Under the pieces are notes generated by a model, which searched no databases, had not been told where the DNA came from, and was given only the letters and a program-made list of their open reading frames with translations. From Nemertoderma westbladi (Eukaryota; Animalia; Xenacoelomorpha), in NCBI GenBank assembly GCA_032718475.1, contig JAUCBJ010002497.1, forward strand, positions 1-64,000: DNA of 64,000 nucleotides, in the 5' to 3' direction. How positions within the stretch are numbered: position 1 is the first letter of the stretch; each line of letters begins with the position of its first letter. Both the position numbers and the translations under genes were made by a program. Positions 13,465 through 26,712 of the stretch are shown here, piece by piece.

Positions 13465-13556
13465 TGAGCCAGCTGAATGGTTAGAGCGTCAAACTTCCAA
13501 CCCGGAGGTCACCAGTTCGATCCCACATGGACGTATTTGCCGACTTTACAAAGCTG
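13465..13556 (+). ncRNA. tRNA-derived Pol III element (SINE-like head), copy 2, inverted relative to copy 1
   Basis: AGCTGAATGGTTAGAGC...CTTCCAA...AGTTCGATCCC plus a shared ~25-nt 3' extension. Confidence 0.55.
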
Positions 13557-14074
13557 TGCCTAACAAAAGTAATAATAATATGAAACCACTCATTCACCCA
13601 AAACACCAATAATAATTAATGGGTTGTAGGGAGAAACATAGGAAAAATAGACACACAGACATATCAGAATATCAAACATCCGGTTACTGTATTTCTTGAT
13701 TTGTACACCACCGCCCTGCATCATCCCGCAAAGTTTTTTTACAATTGACATTTTTGCATTTATTTTTATTTTTGACATTTTTTATTTATTTTTCTTATAT
13801 ATTTATTTTTACTAAATATTTTTTATGAAATGTTTTTTCGTTTTTTTTTTTCCATTTTACCTATGATTTGTTCTGTCGTTGGTGATGCCCCATTTCTTTG
13901 GACTAGCTCGATATGAATTTGATTATTCTAGAATATAAATCGCCGTACGTGTTAATATAGACTAAAACTGCTGACTTGTAGCTGGCGCCCCAAGCAGTAT
14001 GGCGTTAATTTATATCGCACTACAATCTCTATAATAATCTTACCTCGAGTTTAAAGTAATTGGAAAAGCGAAAG

Positions 14075-14249
14075 CAGATAGGGGGGGGGGGGGGGACTTT
14101 CTACGCAATATAAATTCATCCCTCTCCAGAGGAAATTCGACGCAAATAACAGCTGGTTCCTCCCAAAAATAAAACTGTAACCTGTTCTATTGTGTTTAGT
14201 TTATTGTTTTGGTTAAAATAACGTTCCACTGTAACCTGCTCCTTTCCCC
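14075..14249 (-). mobile_element. Partial MITE copy (GGAGCAGGTTACAG family) in MVP intron
   Basis: Reverse complement of 43555-43736 and 3063-3245. Confidence 0.75.
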
Positions 14250-14343
14250 ATTACGATTTGCGTCCAGTTCCCTCCGTATTAGCGTCTCCATGTATCAAAA
14301 CTTAGAAGTAACAAGTAAGATTATTATTATTGGCTTCCCGCAG

Positions 14344-15923
14344 GTACCCAGGATATATTCGTTCTACGGGAAGACGAAGGGTTGATACTGCGAGCCATCG
14401 AATCGTTTACAGACGGAACCACGGAACGCAAACCCGGAGAGCTGTGGATGGTGCGGGGCCCGTGGGAGTATATACCCCCGGTCGAGGTCGAGGTCGTACG
14501 GAAACGGGAGGCCACCCCGTTGGACGAGAACGAGGGTATCTACGTGCGAGACAGGAAGTCCGGTCGCGTTCGGGACGTGTGCGGACAGACGTACATGCTG
14601 AGTCAGGACGAGGAGTTGTGGGAGAAGCCGCTCCCGGCCGCGGTGGAAGCTTTGCTAGCGACGGGAAGGGATCCGTTGGCGGACAGGGGAAGCCGTGGGA
14701 AGGACGCGGACGCGGGGAAACCGCGGGATAAAACCAAGGTTGTCACCTACCGAGTCCCTCACAACGCCGCCGTACAGATATACGACTACAAAGAGAAGAA
14801 AGCTCGCGTTCTGTTCGGGCCGGAACTCGTTATGCTCGGCCCCGACGACCAGTTCACCCAGCTCTCCATATCCGGGGGCAAACCGAAGCGGCCCAACGTG
14901 ATCAAGTCGTTGTGTTTGCTGCTGGGTCCCGACTTCATGACCGATATCATCACGGTGGAGACCTCGGATCACGCGCGTCTCCAACTGCAGCTCAGCTACA
15001 ACTGGCACTTCGACGTTAAGGAACCCAACAACCCCGCGGAAGCGGCGAGAATATTCGCCGTCCCGGACTTCGTGGGCGACGCGTGTAAGGCGATCGCGTC
15101 GCGAATTCGCGGTTTCGTCGCTGGGTGTCCCTTCGACGAGTTCCACAAGAACTCGGCGCGGATTATTCGATCGTCCGTTTTCGGCTACGACGAGAAGCAA
15201 AAGGTCCGGAATATGTTCGTCTTCCCGCAGAACAACCTCGTAATCACCTCGATCGATATCCAATCGGTGGAGCCGGTAGACCAGCGGACCCGCGACGCTC
15301 TCATGAAATCCGTTCAGATGGCCATCGAGATCACCACCAACTCACAGGAGGCCACGGCCAGACACGAAGCGGAGCGACAAGAGCAGGAAGCTAAAGGAAA
15401 ACTCGAACGGCAGAAGATTCTTGATGAAGCGGAAGCCGAGAAAGAGAAGCGGAATCTACTGGAGTTGCAAGCGTTGAGCGCAGCTGTGGAGTCGACTGGG
15501 CAGGCCAAAGCGGAAGCGCAGAGTCGCGCGGAGGCCGCTCGCATCGAAGGGGAAGCCGCAGTGGAACAGGCCAAACTGAAGGCGGAAGCTTCAACCATAG
15601 AGGCTGCCAGCGAGCTGGATAGGTTGACTAATGCGAGAGTCGCGGAGAATAGATACATAGAGGAGCAGAATCTTATGGAGATTAGTAAGGCTAAAGAGAT
15701 GTCTGGCATAGAGGTTGGGAAGTTTAAGAACATGGTTGACGCGATCGGGTCCGATACGATCAGGTCGATCGCGGTTTCCGGTCCCGAGATGCAGGTCAAG
15801 TTGCTGCAGAGTTTGGGTTTGAAGTCCACGATGATTACGGACGGTAGCCATCCGATTAATCTGTTCCAGACCGCGCAGGGAATGCTGGGTTGTATCACTC
15901 AGTCCGAATCCACTGACGATTAG
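14344..15923 (+). CDS. MVP: Major vault protein, last exon (repeats, shoulder domain, cap helix)
   Basis: Acceptor cccgcag at 14343 continues the frame [14 protein letters not shown]. Motifs [81 protein letters not shown]. Stop TAG. Confidence 0.97.
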
Positions 15924-17342
15924 CTCAATATGCGAACTCAACTCGTATTTATGTCGCGTTCAATTTTGATTTGTTTATATTTTCAGACTAGACTTGTTTT
16001 TCAGACTGTTTCACCTGGGAAATGAATTATGTTGGATTTATTAAGATTAAACGAAGTGTGCCGTGTTGTATAAGTCTGGTTCAATAAATGTCAGTTAAAT
16101 TATATATTTAGTTCAGGTTAGATAATATTATGTTTATTGATAATATTCATTCATGGAGACATAATTATTAAAATGATAATATTTTTCGTAGACTAGTACT
16201 AATAGGCTGTTTAATTGTGCTAGGAAATATTGGAATTGTACTTACATTTACTTGCATGTTCAAATCCATTTGTGCTGATTGTTTCATATTTAGTATCACA
16301 CATACAATCTTGTTTCCTATCATTTGTATTGCTGCACATGCATTTAATTATTTGTTTATATTATAAACAAACATATTTATTAAGCAATTAATATACAAAA
16401 ATCGAAATTGTTTATGTTACTATGTAAAGGGCATTAGGATAAAAACTCAGATCATTAAGTACTTTGCTCCATCTTGACATGATAAAGTGACATTTTATTT
16501 CTCGCAATTGTACGAACAGAAGTGATCCATATCGGCAGTTGTCCAAATTATATTGTAAGTGAATATTGTTTAAACCAACTCACTACGCTGCTACCTGTGG
16601 TAGCGTCTGATATATCACCTTAAAGCTGAACAGTTTCTTTCTGCACTTTTAACAGATAGTTAAGATTTCTTTTCCCAAATGAGCACTCCCAGGCGGTTGC
16701 ATTAGCTGTCTAAAAGCACAAAGGTCTTCTTAGATCATCCAAGCACAACAAACAGTTGTTACTATTTATTAACATACATTACCTTATCTAATATCGAATA
16801 GGCCACATTCTTACGATATAATAAGGAAAGTTAATTAGTTGAATTGCACATAGCAGTAATACCCCCCCCCCCCCCCCCCCTGATAATAAATAATTACTTA
16901 TCCTTCAACCTCTATAGGTTTGGCTCTCCTGTTTAAATGTATTTGTAGATATTATCTTCCTCCCTATAAGAATTTCTTATCAGATCTACTGAATTTAATG
17001 AGTTCTATGGTGATCGAGACACCGTTAATCCCCGTTAATCATTAACTCATCCCATTGGATCAGGGTTAATTGATTACTTTAGCGCATAATGACAAACTTC
17101 CACAGACACATCTGGTGTTATCGGCATACGTGTACGTGCAAGTATGTAACATAATCTGAATTTCGTTGAAAAACAGTTGAGATTCCAAAGTTGCATGGTT
17201 TTAATCATAAATAATAATGTTCCAGAGCCAGAGTTATGTGTATTAATTAAATAAACCATTGCATTGGGAAACATTGGAAAACTTTATTATAAAAATGATT
17301 GTATTATATTACATTATACCTTGCATGGATGGAAGTCTAATT

Positions 17343-18231
17343 GTGGTGTGTCAAGTAGATACGGATTATATCAAAAAAAGGCGTTTTGAGAAAAACGCAT
17401 TTAAAGTTTTACGACATGTATATTTTTCTTCTTGCAAGACCCTATGGGCTAGAACGACAGTTTCTGACTCAAAATTTTACGAGGAATCAGAAAATTTTTA
17501 TTTAAACCACGTAGACGCTATCCTTTGTTCGCAAATATCTAATGACAGACAAATTGGCAAAATGACGGACAGTCAGACAGGTGGACAGACAGTCTAGATT
17601 TCGTAAAATGTGAAAACTGACATCAGAAATGAAATCACAAACTAAAGCAACCCCCATAGCAAATATTTTAGTTAGTTTGTATGATTTCTTAATGTTTGAC
17701 GGACAGTCTGACAAAAAGACGGACAGACAGACAAATGGACAGACAATCTATATTACGAGAAATGTTAAAACTAACATCGGAAATGAAACCACGAACCCAA
17801 AAAACCTCATTAGCGAGAATTTTAGTCAGTTAGGATGCTTTATTAATGTTTGACAGACAGTCTGACAAAAAGACGGACAGACAGACTAACGGACAGGCAG
17901 TATATATTACGTGAAATGTGAAAACTGACATCGGAAATGAAATCACGAACCCAAAAAACCTCTATGGCGAGAATTTTAGTTAGCCTGTATTCTTTCTTAA
18001 TGTTTGACAGTCAAACAGACCGACAGACAGAAATATGACTGGATGTCTAATGTCATTTTGAACTCTGAACGCGATTACCCTTTAGTTTTCGTAAAATTAT
18101 TCGAAAATGGAAAAAGATAGAAGCTAAGTGTAATAATACCACTAGATAGCCCGAAAAATTCTCTACCAGCCTATCCACCATAAAAAAATATCGATTTTTT
18201 TGATATAATCCGTTTCTACTTGACACGCCAC
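17343..18231. mobile_element. TIR element with internal ~128-bp tandem repeats (GACAGACA-rich)
   Basis: GTGGTGTGTCAAGTAGATACGGATTATATCAAAAAAA at left; inverted copy ends at 18231. Internal unit related to 37230-37350. Confidence 0.75.
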
Positions 18232-18833
18232 CTATAGTAATAATTTTGACTGATTCATAAAAGTGCGTTATAAGATGGGGATTTAGGTGACGTAAGTTTA
18301 ATTGTAATGAAAACTTGTTATGTAACATTTGTTCATTTTGAACAGTAAATTTCTTACTAAAATATATGGAAGCAATCGGATGAATTGTCTTAACCTTTCC
18401 GGGGACAATTTTTTAAATTGTAAATTACACATAATCTTCAATTGGATTGCAAGCAAGGCAGGCATCAGTCGGATTCTTGATCACAATATAACTTCCTACC
18501 AAAATCACCCAAAACATTTACTACTACAGATAAATACAGCCACACAAACTTTAGTCAAGTCAATCTAGCAAGAACCCATAAGTATTTCGCAATCAATCCG
18601 AACCACACATTTTGGATTCTATATAACCTTATTAATGACCAAAAAAGTCTATAAAATTGTATTTTGCGGATCGTATGTTTATTCATGGAAATTCTGCGTA
18701 AATTTGCATAACACAAGCCAAACAAAAGGAACATTAGGGAAAAGTAAGTAGCAAATTGGTGATGTTCCAGAATAATTTAATTAATTTCACAATGATTCAA
18801 TGGAAAATGAGTAATATTTACACATGCGTGTAA

Positions 18834-19076
18834 ATGTGCGTTCACATAACGTGTGTGTAAGTGTAGGTGTAAGGGTAGAAGCGATGCAAATGTCAATTAG
18901 TCGTTAGCCACATTATATCCAGACGTACACATACACCTACTGTACATACACAACCGTTATGTGAACGCACCTATATTCTAGAACGCAAATTAAAGCGAAT
19001 AAAACTCGAATCGCTTCTACCCTTACACCAACCTACACCCGCACCTACACCTACGTTACTGTATGTGAACGCACCT
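18834..19076. mobile_element. Small MITE (GTGCGTTCACAT termini), PIF/Harbinger-like
   Basis: GTGCGTTCACATAAC..GTGTAAGGGTAGAAGCGAT is inverted at 19010-19075. An extra terminus copy lies at ~18956-18970. Confidence 0.6.
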
Positions 19077-20326
19077 TTACACATTAATTGATATATCTCG
19101 GTAACTGGAAGTCGTATCCGATTAAATATTTCAACAATTTCACGATATTCAGTATTAAGGTAACTGTTGTAAAAAATTATACAATTCCACTGCACAAGGA
19201 AATTTCATAATTTCCATTAATGTTAGTGAAGATTTTTCACATAATTAAATTGTGATTACTCTATTAATTTTAGGTGTAATTTATTTATTTGTTTTAGTTT
19301 AAAACCACAATAGTTTATAATAACACATAATTTGTTTGGGGACAAGGGTTTCTGAGGTCGATAAATCCGATGGGCGAGGTTACATCAACCCGTTTAGTAG
19401 AGAAGTTGTGTAAATAAGCTCCCTGTATTGTACTAGCAAAATTGGTATTAAAATGATTAGACAAATTTCCGTTGATCTAGAAACTAAATCGATAACTATC
19501 TCTAGAAGTGCATACTTCAATCCATGTTGCTAAGGAATGAAATAGAAAATTGAAAGTGATCCGCATAATTTACACTTTATAATATGAATATTTATATTAA
19601 CATTAACATTAACATCAATAAATAAAGATTGGTTTGGATGAATTGCGAATTTGTTATGGGATGACCCCCTTTTTCGTCTAGATTGACTCGCCTACTTGAC
19701 TGTTTAAAATTTCATGTAATTCCATTAAGATTTGTAGATAATTTTGGGGGGGAAGTCCAATCACTGAATTACGACACTATATATTCCAGGACATGGTGTA
19801 TTGATTTCTGATTTGACCCTGTTCAAAAATTTTTTTAGGACATTTAGACATCATCCTATATACTGAGGTATAAGGTGATGAAGTTGTGGCTTCCAAAATA
19901 TTTTTTGTGATGTCAAAAAAAACTGTTGTAAAATATCTATCCTACTGAAAAACAACATTTTGAAAAAAGCTTACGCCTTCCTAATTAAGTAATTGAGTTA
20001 GCTTGCCATGATTGGATATTTTAAATGCGTTGCTTAGTTACTAACCCAAACAATAAAACTGTAGAAGTGTATATTGTGCAGTGACTGTTACAGTAGTACA
20101 ACTAACAGTAGTACCGGCAGTGTGGTAGGCCTTCCAATGATTATAAATCATTACATCTCTGGTATGTTTCACCAGATAGTATCCGTATGAAAATTCATAA
20201 TTTGAATCCAATTAATTGTACATACTTTATTCAACATTACTGATAATTTGAAAACTATTAAAATATATGCTTTTTATTTTAATATTAGAATTATCTTCGT
20301 ATTGATTATCATTTGTTATTATAATA

Positions 20327-21118
20327 ATGGCGTACGAACCACGTAGACACGACCTGCATCTGACCAGCACGGGTAAGGCTCATTACTGGCGACAGGGTTA
20401 CTATTTCCCAGACTCCTCGCTCAAACCAACGTTGTACGACCCGCTTCCGGACGGACTAAACAAACCCACGGAAACCGTGGACCCCTACACAACCACGAAC
20501 TCAGTCACATACGATCGCAAGTACCCGTACACGGTGCTGCACGACCCAGTTCAAAGGAAAGCCGCGGACCACTGGAGAGTCCTTCACATGAAGGACATTC
20601 ACGAGAAACTACAGAACAGAGGCCATCGATTGGCTCTGACGCCTGGCAACCAGAAGACAGAGTATCAGGGAGAATATAAGGGAGAATCTATACCCGAGCT
20701 GCCTAACACGTTTAAACCAGCCGCGCAACCGCTTATCCTTAAAGACCACCTGAACGACGGACCTTCGAAGCATATGAACGGGGAGAATCCGAGATTAGCC
20801 GGTCGGATTTACAAACCCGAAGACCGGGGTCTCTTGGTCGAGTTGGACCCGTATATATCGACGACTCACAAAGACCACAGGCACTTCCCTTCGAAGGAGC
20901 TCAAGGGCTACCCTAACAAGGATTACGCGACTTACTGGGCCTGCGAGGACTATCCCAAGGCATGGGGTCACGGTCCTCATCACAACCCGCTGCCTAGCGA
21001 CGCGGTCCCGCGTCAGCAACCACCAATGATCGACTCGATGGTATTTAAGACTCCGACTCGCGTACCGAGACTTCCTAAAGTTAAACCGCTTAGCGGAAAC
21101 TTCATGACGACAAACCAG
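20327..21118 (+). CDS. SAXO3: Stabilizer of axonemal microtubules 3-like, exon 1
   Basis: LHLTSTGKAH, KDIHEKLQNRGHRL, NPRLAGR..DRGLL and YISTT.KD...KELKGYPNKD..TYW..E..KAWGHGP match my recollection of SAXO3. Strong donor CAG|GTAAGT at 21119 (phase 0). Confidence 0.75.
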
Positions 21119-21147
21119 GTAAGTCGGGGCGAGCCGTTATACAAACT

Positions 21148-23910
21148 ATATAGGTGTAGCCTTACACCGGCTTATACACTATATCGGTGTAGCCTTACAC
21201 CGTCTGATACACTATATCTGTGTAGCCTTACACCGGCTTATACACTATATCTGTGTAGCCTTACACCAGCTTGCTTCTACACTATATCGGTGTAGCCTTA
21301 CACCGGCTTATACAATATATCGGTGTACCCTTACACCGGCTTATACACAATATCGGTGTAGCCTTACACCGGCTTATACACTATATCTGTGTAGCCTTAC
21401 ACCAGCTTGCTTATACACTATATCGGTGTAGCCTTACACCGGCTTATACACTATATCGGTGTAGCCTTACACCGGCTTATACACTAGATCTGTGTAGCCT
21501 TACACCAGCTTGCTTGTACACTATATCGGTGTAGCCTTACACCGGCTTATACAATATATCGGTGTAGCCTTACACCGGCTTATACACAATATCGGTGTAG
21601 CCTTACACCGGCTTATACACTATATGTGTAGCCTTACACCAGCTTGCTTATACACTATATCGGTGTAGCCTTACACCGGCTTATACACTATATCGGTGTA
21701 GCCTTACACCGGCTTATACACTATATCTGTGTAGCCTTACACCAGCTTGCTTATACACTATATCGGCGTAGCCTTACACCGGCTTATACACTATATCGGT
21801 ATAGCCTTACACCGGCTTATACACAATATCAGTGTAGCCTTACACCGGCTTATGGACTATATCGGTGTAGCATTACGCCGGCTTATACACTATATCGGTG
21901 TAGCCTTACACCGGCTTATACACTATATCTGTGTAGCTTTACACCAGCTTGCTTATACACTATATCGGTGTAGCCTTACACCGGCTTCTACACTATATCG
22001 GTGTAGCCTTACACCGGCTTATACACTATATCGGTGTAGCCTTACACCGGCTTATACACTATATCGGTGTAGCCTTACACCGGCTTATACCCTATATCAA
22101 TGTAGCCTTACGCCGGATTATACATTATATCGGTGTAGCCTTACACCGGCTTCTACACTATAACGGTGTAGCCTTACACCGTCTGATACACTATATCGGT
22201 GTAGCCTTACACCGGCTTATAACCTATATCGGTGTAGCCTTACACACTATATCGGTGTAGCCTTACGCCCGCTTATGCACTATACCGGTGTAGCCTTACA
22301 CCGGCTTATACACTATATCGGTGTAGCCTTACACCGGTTTATACACTATATCGGTGTAGCCTTACACCGTCTGATACACTATATCGGTGTAGCCTTACAC
22401 CGGCTTACACAGTATTTCGGTGTAGCCTTACACCGGCTTATACACTATATCGGTGTAGCCTTACACCGGCTTATACACTATATCGGTGTAGGCTTACACC
22501 GTCTGATACACTATATCGGTGTAGCCTTACACCGGCTTATACACTATATCGGTGTAGCCTTACACCGGCATATACACTATATCGGTGTAGCCTTACACCG
22601 GCTTATACACTATATCGGTGTAGCCTTACACACTACATCGGTGTAGCCTTACACCCGCTTATACACTATATCGGTGTAGCCTTACACCGGCTTATACACT
22701 ATATGGGTGTAGCCTTACACACTACGTCTGTGTAGCCTTACACCCGCTTTATACACTATATAGGCGTAGCCTTACACCGGCTTATACACTATATCGGTGT
22801 AGCCTTACAACGGCTTATACACTATATCGGTGTAGCCCTACACCGACTTATACACTATATCGGTGTAGCCTTACACCGGCTTGCTTATACACTATATCGG
22901 TGTAGCCATACATCGGCTAATACCTATATCGGTGTAGCCTTACACCGGCTTCTACACTATATCGGTGTAGCCTTACACCGGCTTATACACTATATCGGTG
23001 TAGCCTTACACCGGCTTATACACTATATCGGTGTAGCCTTACACCGGCTTATACCCTATATCAATGTAGCCTTACGCCGGATTATACATTATATCGGTGT
23101 AGCCTTACACCGGCTTCTACACTATAACGGTGTAGCCTTACACCGTCTGATACACTATATCGGTGTAGCCTTACACCGGCTTATAACCTATATCGGTGTA
23201 GCCTTACACACTATATCGGTGTAGCCTTACGCCCGCTTATGCACTATACCGGTGTAGCCTTACACCGGCTTATACACTATATCGGTGTAGCCTTACACCG
23301 GTTTATACACTATATCGGTGTAGCCTTACACCGTCTGATACACTATATCGGTGTAGCCTTACACCGGCTTACACAGTATTTCGGTGTAGCCTTACACCGG
23401 CTTATACACTATATCGGTGTAGCCTTACACCGGCTTATACACTATATCGGTGTAGGCTTACACCGTCTGATACACTATATCGGTGTAGCCTTACACCGGC
23501 TTATACACTATATCGGTGTAGCCTTACACCGGCATATACACTATATCGGTGTAGCCTTACACCGGCTTATACACTATATCGGTGTAGCCTTACACACTAC
23601 ATCGGTGTAGCCTTACACCCGCTTATACACTATATCGGTGTAGCCTTACACCGGCTTATACACTATATGGGTGTAGCCTTACACACTACGTCTGTGTAGC
23701 CTTACACCCGCTTTATACACTATATAGGCGTAGCCTTACACCGGCTTATACACTATATCGGTGTAGCCTTACAACGGCTTATACACTATATCGGTGTAGC
23801 CCTACACCGACTTATACACTATATCGGTGTAGCCTTACACCGGCTTGCTTATACACTATATCGGTGTAGCCATACATCGGCTAATACCTATATCGGTGTA
23901 GCCTTACACC
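21148..23910. repeat. 33-bp minisatellite (CGGTGTAGCCTTACACCGGCTTATACACTATAT), ~80 units, inside SAXO3 intron
   Basis: Directly visible. Each unit holds a CGGTGTA/TACACCG stem. A 964-bp higher-order duplication is present. Confidence 0.97.
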
Positions 23911-24511
23911 GACATAGAGCTTACACCATTGTTGGTCTGTGAAGTAAAAAAATTTACAAATTAATTAATTAAATAATAATTAATTAATAATTAAATTAAT
24001 AATTAATTAATTTAATAAAATTAGAGTCTTATTTTTAAAAAGGTTGCTACACATTGAACGCCGTTTTACGGGGTATATAAGATATATTAAATCAGTTTTA
24101 AGAGAGGGTCTTCATTACCGGTTATGAGCTGATAGCCGGTGGTGAAGACCCTATTAACTGATTTATAATCTTCTTTTTAAACTACAATCTATTCCTATAT
24201 AAGAAGCGATCTAATTTAAAAGTTTTAGTTTAGTAATAATATTCCCCGCCAGACTAATATATTTGACATGGAAGTTAAAAATATTGTCCCCAAAGAATAC
24301 CACAAATGTCACGGGCTCCCAAGTTAACCATTTTCGTAATATTTAATAGGACAATAATTTGGCCCAATGCCGTAGAGCCAAATTAGGCACCGAATTATCC
24401 TACAAATATTGCATTACTATAGTATTCTTACTCTTAATTCAATAATTTTAGTTTTTTTGTAAAAGCAGTTTGTAATATTCTTATTATACTATTTGATTTC
24501 TAATCCGGCAG

Positions 24512-24688
24512 GTCTTTTATAAGACGCCCCACGATCCACTGGTAACCGACAACCAACCAATGGCTGTGGAATCGCCGTTTAATGGATTCGCCTCGGCTAC
24601 TATTAGTGACGTCATGGCTGCTCCGGGGATGTACGAGACAATATATTCTAATTATGGCAGCGGTGAGCATATCATCCTCACCCACTGA
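24512..24688 (+). CDS. SAXO3: SAXO3-like, exon 2 (VFYKTPHDP...APGMYETIYSNYGSGEHIILTH*)
   Basis: Acceptor ttctaatccggcag at 24511, phase 0. C-terminal P..Y.T..SNYGS motif fits the SAXO3 C-terminus. Confidence 0.7.
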   Translation, partial: VFYKTPHDPLVTDNQPMAVESPFNGFASATISDVMAAPGMYETIYSNYGSGEHIILTH

Positions 24689-26466
24689 GGGAGAGTACAC
24701 ATGGAAAACTATATTCTGGAACAATAACTCGTAGGAAATGATTCAGTATTAGACTTATCTATGTACCTAAACAGGTAAACACATTTTGTAAACACTTTGT
24801 AATAAAATTACCGTTATTGACATTTTGATATTTTTGTCGAGTTCTGAACCGCACCGACAGCAGTGGCGTTTATAAAGTATTTCTGAATGTCTGACAACAA
24901 CTGTCCGTAATATGGAAGAAAATAAAAACTCTTAATTCACAAAAATATTATAATTATGATGGAATTATAGTTGTTATTTTCTTCAAATAAGTTAAAGAAA
25001 TAAAAATATCTTGAATATAGTTGGTATTAGTATTATACATAATATTGTACGTATATATAATTATGTAGTGTCATATCAGAACGTCAATATTTTAATTTTA
25101 TTTTTTGATCATAAAATAAAATATGTATAATAATTGACGCGAATATTCTGCTAATTATTACTCAATTAATTACCGGTAATAATAAACTACAATTAAACTA
25201 AAAAACTAATACACAGTTTATATTCACATAATTAAATAAAATTAAACTTAGCTCACAATTATGCAAAGAAAACATATTGGTTTAATGGTGCTCAACCTCA
25301 AAGTATAACATTAATTGAACAATTAAATAACGCAATCAATATATTAGTCAAGTAGACAGTGGCAACCACCGTTCAAATTGGGCATGACTGCAGTTTTTTT
25401 TGCTGAAAGTGTTAACTTGTATAAACCATTTGAAATTATGTTATATTTCACATAGTCCGCATTGAGCAATTTTTTCTAGAACACTATTTATCTTAACGAC
25501 AGATGTTTTACATAGCAACAATAATGAATTAACACACAGGGGTATATTTATCTATTTAGACACTGGTCAATCATAAATAAGGAGAAACCAAGCTCGAGAA
25601 AATAAAAATGTAAGGAATAAGTATTATGTTTGAAGTTAGGAGTTACAAATTGTGTAACATTGCAGTCTTATGGCAAACACTGTTACTGGTAGTGAACTTG
25701 TAATACATACAAGGCTCGGTGTGCAATTTGGAGCTCATCACTGTGGCCAAGTAATGCACCGACATATCTGTCTGTCAGGAATATATGCTGTCAGCACCCT
25801 AACTCTCGCTAGACATGTATCCTCAAGAACTGGTGGAAAATATGTTGGAAATATGTGAATTCGAATGTGGACTTTGTGGCCGACGCATTTATGGACAGAA
25901 TGGCGCAGGTTTATCCTTTTCGAAGTACTGTAGCAGTGGTTACCCAAACTGAGATGTTGTTTCTGTAAGGTGGTGTCCGGTATTACCAGTGGACCGTGAA
26001 ATGAAAGGTGAAGGGATGTCGATGAAACAACTTCTGCATTTGTAGTAGTTACTTTTAGTTTAATGTTTGATAATATATTTATTAACACGTTATCACAGTC
26101 CTTGTTCGCACACTTGCAATAAAAATTGAAAGCCCAATTTACAAATTGCTGCCACATCCAACCAAACTTTGTAGGTTATAGTGGCGGCTGCCGGCTGCAT
26201 ATATTATCTACAGCCGCCCTCCAGAATAATACTTGCGAGCCCGCTCTTCTTATATTCATTCTTGACTGCTGCAGTTTCCTTTAATTCTAAATTTTACATC
26301 TGAAATAAATAATAATTTCATTATATTTTGTGCAAGATAATTCGCAATGCTAGGTTAGCTTTGTAGGAATTAAAAGTTCTAGGAATTCGAATAATATATC
26401 AATATCTGCCTTATACAATAATAAAAAAAGCCAATCAAACAGTCGGACTGAAGGCATCTCTTCGAA

Positions 26467-26632
26467 GATAGGGAGGGCCTTTAGTCGCAATCAAAATTCA
26501 TCCCTCTCCAGGGAAAAATCGACGCAAATAACAGCTGGTTACTCCCAAAAATAAAACTGTAACCTGTTCAATTGACTTTCGTTTATCATTTTGGTTAGAA
26601 TAACGTGCCACTGTAACATGCTTCTGTCTCCC
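26467..26632 (-). mobile_element. Partial MITE copy (GGAGCAGGTTACAG family)
   Basis: Matches 14075-14249 in the same orientation. Confidence 0.7.
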
Positions 26633-26712
26633 TCTTCAGAAGCTGCTACCCGAAGGTATGTCTGGTGCTACTCGTATCCCAAGGTTTGTTCCCAGTAATT
26701 CAACAGGTACTC

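Noticed and set aside
13465-13535. Functional tRNA-Gly(TCC)
   Set aside because: Acceptor, anticodon and T stems do not pair properly.
14655-15941. Antisense and alternative-frame ORFs over MVP (also over RDH, CTDSPL2, PHF20)
   Set aside because: Expected shadows of GC-rich coding sequence; no motifs.
21119-21295. C-terminal repeats of ORF 20327..21295 and ORFs 21271-23610 as proteins
   Set aside because: They lie after a consensus donor, inside the satellite; a downstream exon supplies the conserved C-terminus.
21148-23910. CRISPR-like array of palindromic 33-bp repeats
   Set aside because: No unique spacers, no cas genes, and an animal intron context.
25670-26300. Moderately GC-rich patches with short ORFs (also 1854-2193, 57584-58070)
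   Set aside because: No recognisable motif or splice-consistent frame.
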